Positions 50,666-59,679 of a stretch of DNA of 64,000 nucleotides are shown here, piece by piece. Below the pieces are notes generated by a model. The model had not been told where the DNA came from and ran no database searches. It saw only the letters and a program-made list of their open reading frames with translations. How positions within the stretch are numbered: the first letter of the stretch is position 1; every line of letters begins with the position of its first letter. Source of the DNA: Bacillales bacterium UBA6380 (GTDB taxonomy: Bacteria > Bacillota_I > Bacilli_A > RFN20 > CAG-826); assembly GCA_002438785.1 (NCBI GenBank), contig DJQS01000008.1:2735-66734 (forward strand). The letters run 5' to 3'. The position numbers were made by a program, and so were the translations under genes.

Positions 50666-53086
50666 ATGTTAGATAAACACTTAATAGCTAAAACAGACCC
50701 TAAAAGTAAAGCTGACTCATTTATTTATTGGCAAAATTATCGCATTACAGTCTTATTTGATGAATTATTTCGTATTGAAAAATCAAAAGATAAGATTTTT
50801 AATGATAAAGCTACTCAATCAATTTGGTTTAGAAATAAAATAGTTCCAAAGTTTGAAATTTTAGAATCAGATGATTTTCATATTAAAGTAAAAACTAATA
50901 AAGTTACATTAGTGTTAATTAATTCAGTTTCAATAACTGATTCTTTTATTTTGATAAAAAATAGAAAAATTTATTTAGATAATGAAGGCAATCTTAAGGG
51001 TACTTATAGAACTCTAGATGCTTATGATGGCAAATATTTTGTTGGATTTGATAGAAAGGGCAATACTGAAATAAAATTAGATAATGGTGTTGCCTCATTA
51101 AGTGGGGTTAGTGTCATTGATGATAGTAAAAGCTTGATATTAGATGATGATGGTAAATTAAAAAGTGCCTTAAAAGATCATGAGGATTATTATGTTTTCG
51201 CATATGGACATAATTATAGAGAAGCATTAAAAGCTCTTTTTGAATTAACTGGTTATACTCCTTTACTTCCTCGATATGCATTTGGTAATTGGTGGAGTAG
51301 ATATCATGAATATAATGACAAAGAATATATGTCTACGCTATATAAATTTATTAATCATAATGTTCCAATTACTGTTTCTACAATTGACATGGATTGGCAT
51401 TATAATTCTAATAATTTAGATAAAGCGATGCATATAGAAGAATTGCATCGTAACACTCCTTTTTATGGTGGAAAAGATGGCTGGACAGGATACACTTGGA
51501 ATAAGGACTTATTCCCTGATTATAAAGGCTTTTTAAAAGAAATTAATAATCTAGGATTTCATGTTACCATTAACCTTCATCCTGCTCTTGGAATTAGATG
51601 GTTTGAAGATTGTTATAACGATTTTGCCTTGGCTATGGGTAAAGATGTAAAAAGCGGAGAACAAATTAAGTTTGATATTACAGATGATAATTTTATCAAT
51701 AATTATTTTAAAATAATTCATAAGCCATATGAAAACGATGGTGTTAGTTTTTATTGGATAGATTGGCAACAAGGAACAAGTTCAAAAGTAGAAGGATTAG
51801 ATCCTTTATGGAGTTTAAATCATTATCATTATTTAGATAATGCCTATAATCATGATAAAGGTTTAATTCTTTCTAGATATGCAGGTATAGGTTCAAATAG
51901 ATACCCAGTTGGATTTTCTGGAGATACTATTTCTAGTTGGAAAACATTGCAATATATTAGTGAATTTACTTCAAAATCTAGCAATGTTGGTTTTACATAT
52001 TGGAGTCATGATATTGGTGGACATTTTGGTGGCAAACTCGATTATCAACTTTATACTAGATTTGTTCAATTTGGAGTTTTTTCACCAATTAATAGATTGC
52101 ATAGTTCAAATATGCCAATAATAAGTAAAGAACCTTGGTATTTTTTAAATGGATGTGGAGATATCGCTATGGATTTTTTACGATTAAGACATAGATTAAT
52201 TCCTTACTTATATTCTTATAGTTATAGAACACATCTAGAAGGACTAGCTTTAATAGAACCATTATATTATGAAAATTCTAATAAAAAGAAGTCATACAAA
52301 TATCCAAATGAATATATTTTTGCTCAAGATGGTTTCATTATTCCAATTACTACTCCATTAAATAAAGATGGCTATGCATTAGTAAAAGGTTATGTTCCAA
52401 AAGGAAGATATTTTGATTTTTTTACTCACGATATTTATGAAGAGAAAAAAGATAAAGAAATAACTTTTGCACGAACATTAGAAAGTATGCCATATTTAGT
52501 TAAAGCCGGTTCTTTTATATCTTTAAATCATGACAAGCTCAAATATAATGAAGTATCAAATCCTAATAAATTAATGCTTATAACATCTATTGGGAATGGA
52601 TCTTTAACTCTTTATGAAGATGAAAATAAAAATATATCGAAAACATATTTTAAAAATAACGTAATTGATTATAAAACATTGCAATTATCAATTAGTTTTA
52701 GTAATTCTAATCAAGTTTTTCATCATAATAGAATATTTACTTTTGATTATGTCGATATTGAAACTGCAAATATTAAAGTCTATAAAAATAATAAAAATTA
52801 TGAAAATTACAAAATTCTATATGCTGATAATTTAAAATTTGAAATTGAAGTAGATAATGAGTCAACATACTTAATTGAAATATCATTCAATATAACTAAT
52901 CGATTCATAGAAATAAGTAAAATATTACAACGCATTTTATATACAATTGTTATAAGTACTGATGATAAATATAAGGTTCTAGATGAGATATCAAAACAAT
53001 CAAATATTGAAGATTTGTATAATGCTATAAAAAATAATCAATATCTTAATAAATCGCAAAAATTAAGATTACTTGAAATATTTTAA
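50666..53086 (+). CDS. glycoside hydrolase, GH31-like
   Basis: 'TIDMDWHY' is an (I/L)D(M/L)D(Y/W)M-like region. 'DGVSFYWIDWQQG' aligns with the GH31 nucleophile motif WiDMNE, about 125 aa downstream. The family call is moderate. Confidence 0.5.
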   Translation: MLDKHLIAKTDPKSKADSFIYWQNYRITVLFDELFRIEKSKDKIFNDKATQSIWFRNKIVPKFEILESDDFHIKVKTNKVTLVLINSVSITDSFILIKNRKIYLDNEGNLKGTYRTLDAYDGKYFVGFDRKGNTEIKLDNGVASLSGVSVIDDSKSLILDDDGKLKSALKDHEDYYVFAYGHNYREALKALFELTGYTPLLPRYAFGNWWSRYHEYNDKEYMSTLYKFINHNVPITVSTIDMDWHYNSNNLDKAMHIEELHRNTPFYGGKDGWTGYTWNKDLFPDYKGFLKEINNLGFHVTINLHPALGIRWFEDCYNDFALAMGKDVKSGEQIKFDITDDNFINNYFKIIHKPYENDGVSFYWIDWQQGTSSKVEGLDPLWSLNHYHYLDNAYNHDKGLILSRYAGIGSNRYPVGFSGDTISSWKTLQYISEFTSKSSNVGFTYWSHDIGGHFGGKLDYQLYTRFVQFGVFSPINRLHSSNMPIISKEPWYFLNGCGDIAMDFLRLRHRLIPYLYSYSYRTHLEGLALIEPLYYENSNKKKSYKYPNEYIFAQDGFIIPITTPLNKDGYALVKGYVPKGRYFDFFTHDIYEEKKDKEITFARTLESMPYLVKAGSFISLNHDKLKYNEVSNPNKLMLITSIGNGSLTLYEDENKNISKTYFKNNVIDYKTLQLSISFSNSNQVFHHNRIFTFDYVDIETANIKVYKNNKNYENYKILYADNLKFEIEVDNESTYLIEISFNITNRFIEISKILQRILYTIVISTDDKYKVLDEISKQSNIEDLYNAIKNNQYLNKSQKLRLLEIF

Positions 53087-53239
53087 TTGAAAGTGTAAAT
53101 TTATTAAACATGTCAATTATTATCACTGTAAAAGTCAAAAGAAGTAAATTTTTTTAGTTTACATCGAAATAAATTGAAAACCGCTTCGCATTATGATTTA
53201 ATCATAATAGTTGTTAATCAACCAAAGGAGCATTTTTAT

Positions 53240-53440
53240 ATGACTGGTGTTGTAAAATTTTTTAATGATGCAAAGGGCTATGGCTTTATTGTTTCTGATG
53301 AAACAAAAAAAGATATTTTTGTTCATTTTACTGGAATCGAAGGTAGTGGACATAGAAGTTTAAAAGAAGGCCAAAAAGTTACTTTTGATGTCGTTAATGA
53401 TGAAAAAAGTGGCAAAGAAAGAGCAGTTCACGTAAAATAA
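53240..53440 (+). CDS. cspA: cold-shock protein
   Basis: '[17 protein letters not shown]...FVHF' are the RNP1/RNP2 motifs of CspA. AAGGAG ribosome-binding site. The long upstream in-frame extension in the six-frame track is judged to be leader sequence. Confidence 0.85.
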   Translation: MTGVVKFFNDAKGYGFIVSDETKKDIFVHFTGIEGSGHRSLKEGQKVTFDVVNDEKSGKERAVHVK

Positions 53441-53476
53441 ATTTGTTAGTTATATTATACTAAACCTATTTATTTT

Positions 53477-55924
53477 ATGAAAAAATATAAAGATAGCCAA
53501 TTTCATATAGTTAATCCGAATTATCAAAAAGGATTAAGTGAAGAAGAAGTAAATTTATATAAGAAAAATGGTTTAGTAAATAAAAAAAATAAAAGAGTAG
53601 GAAAATCTCATTTAAGAATTATATTTGAGAGTTTTTTTACTTTTTTTAATATTATCTTATATGTTTTAGTAATAATATTTGCTTTATTTCAAAATCTTTA
53701 TCCGAGTGGAAATAAAGTAATAAGTATTACTAAATATGGTTTTTTAATTGTTATTTTTTTAAATGCTTTAACTTCGATCATTTCAAGTGAAGTGAGTAAA
53801 AGCGTTATTAAAAAAATGAAAATTGTTAGTATTAATAAAATTAGTGTTATTCGAGATGGATTAGAAAAAGTTATTGATATTAATGATATTGTTTTAGATG
53901 ATATTTTATTGTTAAAAAACGGAAACGAATTGCCTTGTGATTGTAAGATTATTCATGGAGATTGTTTTGTCAATGAATCCATGATTACTGGTGAAAGTAA
54001 TGCTTTAAAAAAGATTGAAGGCGATATATTATTATCGGGTAGTTTTATAAGTTATGGTAGATGTTATGCTCAAGCAATAAAAATCGGTAACGATACATAT
54101 GTTTCAAATTTAGAAGATAAAATTAATAACATAAAAAAGAAAAAAAGCTTACTAATTTCAAATATAAATAGAATAATTAAATATTTAGTAATGTTTTTAA
54201 TACCAATTGTAATTTTAGTTGGATTAAAAATTTACTATGTTGGAGAAGATGGAAAACACTTTGTTTTTACTTTAGATATAATTACAAAATGCGGAGCAAC
54301 AATCGTTGGTATGATACCTATTGGTATGATTCTTTTATCGTCAATTTCTTTATCTGAATCGATTGTTAATTTATATAAGAAGAAGGTTATGATACAAGAA
54401 TTATATGCAGTAGAAAACTTAAGTCGAGTTGATACTTTGTGTTTAGATAAAACTGGTACTTTAACTACACAAAATTTCGTAGTTAAAAACTATATAAATT
54501 TTACTAATTTAGATTTAAAAAATATAATGCCGATTATTTTAAAATTTAATAATGAAGAAAATAAAACTTATTTAGCTTTACTAGATTATTTTGGAAGTAA
54601 AACTAATATTAATGAAATAAAAAATATCGTTCATTTTGATAGTAGTAAAAAATATTCTATTACAACTTTATTAAATAATGATTCTTATTATCTAGGTGCT
54701 CCAGATATTCTTTTTAAAAATAATGAAAAAATATTATTAGAAGTGGATAATTATGCTAAGGAAGGCTATCGTGTTTTAGGTGTTAAATTAAATGATTTGC
54801 CAATTGGCATTATAGTTTTACAAGATGAATTAAGAAAAGGAATTATAAACACGATTAATTATTTTTATAATTTAGATATTGATATAAAAATAATTAGTGG
54901 AGATAATTTAGAAACAGTTAAACAAATTGCTAAAGTTTGTGGAATAAAAAATTATAATAAAGCAATTTCTTTAGAAAATGTTCAATTAAATAAAATAAAA
55001 GATCTTTCTAATGAATATACAATTTTTACAAGGGCTACTCCTGAACAAAAATATGAAATTGTTCATTCTTTAATTAATGATAAAAAAGTTGTTGGTTATA
55101 TTGGAGATGGAGTTAATGATACCTTAAGTTTAAAAGAAGCTAATTGCAGTATATCTTTAAATAGTGGGGCCCAATCAAGTAAATGTGTAAGTGATGTTAT
55201 TTTACTAGATGATGATTTTTCTAATCTTCCTTTAACTTTTTTAGAAGGAAGGAGAGTTGTTTCTAATATAGAAAGGTCTTTATTATTATTTTTAACTAAG
55301 TCGATATTTATTGGCTTATTTTCGTTTTTATCTATATTTAATAAAAATGGTTTAATAATTGAAATAGAATCAATATATATTTATGAATTTGTTTCAATTG
55401 CCTTGTGTGGTTTTTTATTATCTTTACAAAATCATAACTTAAAGCCACTTAAGGGCGAGTTTATAAAAGCTGTTTTATTAAAATCATTAAAATATGGCAT
55501 ATTTATGACTATATCATCATTTTTAGTAATAATATTAAATTACTTTTTAAAATTTCAGGAATTATCTAGTTTAGTAACAATTAATATTACCTTAGCTGGT
55601 CTAATGATTTTATTTGAAATTTGTAGACCATTTAATAAATATACTAAATTTGTTTTTATAATTGGAGTTTCGTTATCTATTTTATTAATGTTTGGTTTTA
55701 GTGATGTATTTTTAAATCCAAATTATTTAAAGACTGCAAACTCATCATTAGAGCAAATTCAATTAATATTTGATGATTTTTTTAAAATAAATGTTTTTAA
55801 AGCCTATACTTATAAGGAAGTTAGCTTCATAGTTAGTTCAATTATATTTATTCCTTTTTTATATTATCTAATAGATTGGATGATTAAATTTATAAATAGG
55901 CATATTAAAAATAAAAAAAGTTAA
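53477..55924 (+). CDS. P-type cation-transporting ATPase (P2/P3-like)
   Basis: Phosphorylation motif 'DKTGTLT', 'TGES' actuator motif and hinge 'GDGVNDTLSLKEANCSI'. Confidence 0.8.
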   Translation: MKKYKDSQFHIVNPNYQKGLSEEEVNLYKKNGLVNKKNKRVGKSHLRIIFESFFTFFNIILYVLVIIFALFQNLYPSGNKVISITKYGFLIVIFLNALTSIISSEVSKSVIKKMKIVSINKISVIRDGLEKVIDINDIVLDDILLLKNGNELPCDCKIIHGDCFVNESMITGESNALKKIEGDILLSGSFISYGRCYAQAIKIGNDTYVSNLEDKINNIKKKKSLLISNINRIIKYLVMFLIPIVILVGLKIYYVGEDGKHFVFTLDIITKCGATIVGMIPIGMILLSSISLSESIVNLYKKKVMIQELYAVENLSRVDTLCLDKTGTLTTQNFVVKNYINFTNLDLKNIMPIILKFNNEENKTYLALLDYFGSKTNINEIKNIVHFDSSKKYSITTLLNNDSYYLGAPDILFKNNEKILLEVDNYAKEGYRVLGVKLNDLPIGIIVLQDELRKGIINTINYFYNLDIDIKIISGDNLETVKQIAKVCGIKNYNKAISLENVQLNKIKDLSNEYTIFTRATPEQKYEIVHSLINDKKVVGYIGDGVNDTLSLKEANCSISLNSGAQSSKCVSDVILLDDDFSNLPLTFLEGRRVVSNIERSLLLFLTKSIFIGLFSFLSIFNKNGLIIEIESIYIYEFVSIALCGFLLSLQNHNLKPLKGEFIKAVLLKSLKYGIFMTISSFLVIILNYFLKFQELSSLVTINITLAGLMILFEICRPFNKYTKFVFIIGVSLSILLMFGFSDVFLNPNYLKTANSSLEQIQLIFDDFFKINVFKAYTYKEVSFIVSSIIFIPFLYYLIDWMIKFINRHIKNKKS

Positions 55925-55937
55925 TTATAATTAAAAT

Positions 55938-57419
55938 ATGGAATATGTTTTAACAAGTCTAGAGGCAAAAAAGAGTGATTTATTAACTATTAATAATGGT
56001 ATTTCATCATTAGAACTTATGGAATTGGCTGGGAAAAAAATATATGATGAAATAGTTAAAATTATTAATAAAAGTCTTAAAATTTTAATAGTTGTTGGTA
56101 ATGGTGGTAATGGTGGAGATGGTTATGTTATTGCTAGAAAATTATTTAATAATGGATATAATGTTTCTATATTAGATATTAATAGCAAGTATTCTAACGA
56201 ATGTTTAATAAATAAAAATAAATATTTAGGAAAATTTGTTTCATCTTTAAATGATAATTATGATGTATATATTGATGCTATATTTGGAATTGGATTAAAT
56301 AAGAATATTGAAAATCCATATTTTGAAATTATAACAACGTTAAATAGTAAACAAGGACTAAAAATAAGTATTGATATACCTAGTGGAATAAATGGGACTA
56401 CTGGGGAAATAATGGGAGTAGCATTTAAAACTAATTATTTATTTACTGTAGAATTTATTAAAGAAGGTCTTTTATTAAATAAAGGTCCTAGTTATTACGA
56501 TAAGCTTAAGGTTGTTCATATTGGTATAAAATCTATAAAAAAACCTTATTTTGAAGGGGTTTTTGATAAAAATGATTATATTAATTATATTCCAAAAAGA
56601 GAAAAAATTTCAAATAAAAGTAATTATGGTCGATGTGCTTTAATTGGAGGAAGCATAAATTATTTAGGATCTATTTTGCTATCAGATAATGCTTTAGCGA
56701 CACTTTTAGTTGGAGCTGGTTATTCAACTATTTGTGTTCCAAAATCATTATTAATATTTTATTCTATGAAATATTTAGAAAACACATATATTTGTTTTAA
56801 AGATCATAATGGATTTATAAAATTTGATAAAAAAAGTTTAGATAAATTATTAAATTATGATTCGATTGCTATTGGAATGGGAATAGGAATTAGTAAAGAT
56901 GTTTATAAAATAATTACTTACTTATTAAAAAATTATAAAAAGAGATTAGTTATTGATGCAGATGGATTAAATTCATTAGCAAAATATGGAATAGATATTT
57001 TAAAAAATCATCAATGTGAAGTTATTTTAACACCACATTTAATGGAATTTTCTCGCTTAACTAATTTAACTATAAATGAAATTTTAAAAGATGAAATACA
57101 AATTATTAAGAATTTTGCTAAAAAGTACAATTTAATTATTAATGTAAAAAGTAATATTAGTATAATAAGTAATGGTGAAGATGTAATTTATAACATTAAT
57201 GGAAATCCTAGTTTAGCTAAGGGTGGAAGTGGAGATGTTTTAAGTGGGATAACATTAGGTTTAATAGCTAAAAGTAAAAATTTAATAAAGAGTGTTGCTT
57301 TTGCTTCTTATATATTAGGTAGAGCTAGTGATTTAGCTATTTTAACTATTAATGAGAATAGTGTTTTATCTAGTGATATCATTCAAAACATAAGCAATGT
57401 TTTGAATGAATTACAATGA
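55938..57419 (+). CDS. nnr: bifunctional NAD(P)H-hydrate epimerase/dehydratase
   Basis: N-terminal YjeF-N 'VVGNGGNGGDGYVIARKL'. C-terminal carbohydrate-kinase 'GGSGDVLSGI'. Confidence 0.8.
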   Translation: MEYVLTSLEAKKSDLLTINNGISSLELMELAGKKIYDEIVKIINKSLKILIVVGNGGNGGDGYVIARKLFNNGYNVSILDINSKYSNECLINKNKYLGKFVSSLNDNYDVYIDAIFGIGLNKNIENPYFEIITTLNSKQGLKISIDIPSGINGTTGEIMGVAFKTNYLFTVEFIKEGLLLNKGPSYYDKLKVVHIGIKSIKKPYFEGVFDKNDYINYIPKREKISNKSNYGRCALIGGSINYLGSILLSDNALATLLVGAGYSTICVPKSLLIFYSMKYLENTYICFKDHNGFIKFDKKSLDKLLNYDSIAIGMGIGISKDVYKIITYLLKNYKKRLVIDADGLNSLAKYGIDILKNHQCEVILTPHLMEFSRLTNLTINEILKDEIQIIKNFAKKYNLIINVKSNISIISNGEDVIYNINGNPSLAKGGSGDVLSGITLGLIAKSKNLIKSVAFASYILGRASDLAILTINENSVLSSDIIQNISNVLNELQ

Positions 57420-57437
57420 TTTGCTATAATATTTAAT

Positions 57438-58091
57438 ATGAAAAAAATAAATTTTAGAAATTTTAATCAATATAATTTTGCAAAATTTGCTATGATTACT
57501 TCGTATTTATTAGCAACTTTGATGTTAATCACTTTTTGTTATAATCTATTTACAATTGTTTATTATCATAATAATTATGACATTCAAACAATCATAAGCA
57601 ATGTCATAAATATTTGCTTTTATATTTTTATGGCTAATTATTTTAATAAAGGTAAAAACGAGTTTTATTATCTATTTTATGGTGTATTATGCTTACTAAT
57701 TTGTAATTTTATTATTCCAATTATTTTGGACATTATACGATTAAATTTTACATATTTCACTTTTATTCCACTTATTATTAGTTCGGTTTTATCAATAATT
57801 TATTTTATTTTTTTAGTTTTAGAAAATAAAAAAAGAGAAAAGAAATATTTAAAATGCTTGATAATTGTAGGAATAATTTTAGCAATCGCTTCTTTAATAT
57901 ATGGAATTTTTAGTATAATCAATTTATTTTTAATGTTTATTCCTTTATTTGGTTCATTAACTAATTTTAACGATTTTTTATATTTATTTAGTTTTGCTAT
58001 TAGTATAATAGCTTCACTAATTGAAACTTGCTTAATTCCAATTATTATTGGTCTTTATCCTTTGATATTAAAAAAAGAAAGATTATATTAA
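57438..58091 (+). CDS. polytopic membrane protein, hypothetical
   Basis: 217 aa with about 6 TM helices and no motif. Confidence 0.4.
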   Translation: MKKINFRNFNQYNFAKFAMITSYLLATLMLITFCYNLFTIVYYHNNYDIQTIISNVINICFYIFMANYFNKGKNEFYYLFYGVLCLLICNFIIPIILDIIRLNFTYFTFIPLIISSVLSIIYFIFLVLENKKREKKYLKCLIIVGIILAIASLIYGIFSIINLFLMFIPLFGSLTNFNDFLYLFSFAISIIASLIETCLIPIIIGLYPLILKKERLY

Positions 58092-58139
58092 TTTTAATAT
58101 TTTAAAATAATATTGATTATATCGTATTTTTTAAAATAT

Positions 58140-58168
58140 TATTAATTCTTTATATAATATGGTATAAT
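58140..58168 (+). promoter_or_regulatory. extended -10 promoter (TGgTATAAT) that predicts a leaderless transcript for the response regulator
   Basis: TGGTATAAT at 58160-58168, and 6 nt later the ATG at 58175. There is no Shine-Dalgarno sequence. Confidence 0.45.
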
Positions 58169-58174
58169 CTTTTT

Positions 58175-58858
58175 ATGAAGAACATTTCTATTTTAATTTT
58201 ATCTAATGATAAAGATAGTGCTAAGGAATTGAAAAATTTATTAGATTCTAATACTTATAATGTTATCATTACTAATAATCCTTTTGATGCCATGAATTAT
58301 TGTATTAAAGATATAATTAATTTATTAATCGTTGATATTGTTTCTAATAATGGCTTTGGACTTGAAATTATTAAAAAGTTTAGAGATTATAGTTCAACCT
58401 TACCTATTTTAGTACTTATTGGTCGTAATGATATTGAGAGTAAAATTATTGCTTTTAATGCTGGAGCTAATGATTTATTAGTTAAACCTTTTAATGTCTT
58501 TGAATTTAAAATTCGAGTAAATAATCAATTAAAAATGTTAAATGAGGAACATCATGAAACATTTAAAAATGGTGATTTAACAATTGATTATGATAAGCGT
58601 TTAGTAAAAATTAAAAATAAAGAGATACACTTAACAAATTTAGAATATAAAATTTTAGCTCTATTAGCTAATAATTTAGATAAAGTATTAACCTACGATT
58701 ACATAATCGATAATATTTGGGGAAAAGATGGACAAGATTATAATGGATTAAGAGTGTTTGTATGTGGTATAAGGAATAAACTTAAAACTGATAGAAAAGT
58801 TTCTAAATATATTCGCACGCAAGTTAATGTCGGATATAAAATGAAAAGAGTTTCCTAA
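58175..58858 (+). CDS. OmpR-family response regulator (receiver plus winged helix), orphan
   Basis: Receiver domain with a 'LLIVDIV' Asp and 'K' near position 104. C-terminal 'LTNLEYKILALLANN...TYDYII...VFVCGIRNKL' winged helix. No histidine kinase gene is adjacent. Confidence 0.7.
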   Translation: MKNISILILSNDKDSAKELKNLLDSNTYNVIITNNPFDAMNYCIKDIINLLIVDIVSNNGFGLEIIKKFRDYSSTLPILVLIGRNDIESKIIAFNAGANDLLVKPFNVFEFKIRVNNQLKMLNEEHHETFKNGDLTIDYDKRLVKIKNKEIHLTNLEYKILALLANNLDKVLTYDYIIDNIWGKDGQDYNGLRVFVCGIRNKLKTDRKVSKYIRTQVNVGYKMKRVS

Positions 58859-58991
58859 TCTAAAATTATAAAAAATAAGTAATTTTGGTAAGCTTTTTAA
58901 TTATTTTTATAAATTATTTATTTAAAAAACATTAAAAATAAAATAATAAAAAAAGTCCTTTCATTATATCTTTGTTTTTGGTAAAATCTAT

Positions 58992-59011
58992 TTCGGTATA
59001 AAAATACCGAA
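58992..59011. promoter_or_regulatory. perfect 20-bp palindrome TTCGGTAT-aaaa-ATACCGAA overlapping the putative -10 of rex
   Basis: 8-bp arms with a 4-bp spacer. It ends 8 nt before the rex ATG and overlaps TATAAA at 58997-59002. Confidence 0.5.
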
Positions 59012-59019
59012 TAAATTTT

Positions 59020-59679
59020 ATGGGAAATTCAAAACTTACAGAAAATCAATTAAGAAGGATGCCAGTTTACTTAAACTATTTAAAAAGAATCTCTGATAAA
59101 GGGGTTGATTTTATTTCGTGTCAAGAAATAGCTGATGCTAATTTTCTTAATCAAGAACAAGTAAGAAAAGATATTGCTTTGGTTAGCAGTATCAATGGAG
59201 TTCCAAATAAGGGTAGAGATGTAAAACTATTAATAAGAGACATTGAAAAAGTTTTAGGAATTGATAATGAAAACGACGCGATAATTGTTGGCATTGGAAG
59301 TTTAGGTACTGCTTTGTGCAATTATAATGGTTTTAGAAGTTATGGATTAAGAATTGTTGCGGGATTTGATCATAACGAATCTCTAATTGGCAAAGTTATT
59401 AATGGTATTCCAATTTATAATTTAATTGATCTTAAAAAAATAAATGAAAAATTAAATGTAAAGATTGCTATTATGACAGTTCCTGCTTTAGCTGCAAAAG
59501 AAGTGGCTAATATCTTAATTAATAATGGCATTGAAGCAATTTGGAATTTTGCCCCTATTAAGCTTGATTTAGGTGATAAAGTTATAATTACTAACATGGA
59601 TATGGCAAGTAGTTTAGCATCTTTATCGCATAAATTATATATTAAACATCACGAAAATAAAGGAGACAAAAATGAGTGA
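59020..59679 (+). CDS. rex: redox-sensing transcriptional repressor Rex
   Basis: N-terminal winged helix 'RRMPVYLNYLKRI...SCQEIADANFLNQEQVRKDIA'. Rossmann 'IIVGIGSLGTALCNYNGF'. Overlaps the adhE start by 8 nt. Confidence 0.8.
   Translation: MGNSKLTENQLRRMPVYLNYLKRISDKGVDFISCQEIADANFLNQEQVRKDIALVSSINGVPNKGRDVKLLIRDIEKVLGIDNENDAIIVGIGSLGTALCNYNGFRSYGLRIVAGFDHNESLIGKVINGIPIYNLIDLKKINEKLNVKIAIMTVPALAAKEVANILINNGIEAIWNFAPIKLDLGDKVIITNMDMASSLASLSHKLYIKHHENKGDKNE

Noticed and set aside
53087-53239. The long in-frame N-terminal extension of the cold-shock ORF, and the TATGATT-tta-AATCATA palindrome in its leader.
   Set aside because: A Csp start at 53240 with an AAGGAG ribosome-binding site is canonical. 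The extension is untranslated 5' leader, which is typically long in csp genes. The palindrome overlaps probable -10 sequence and is too AT-simple to call as an operator.
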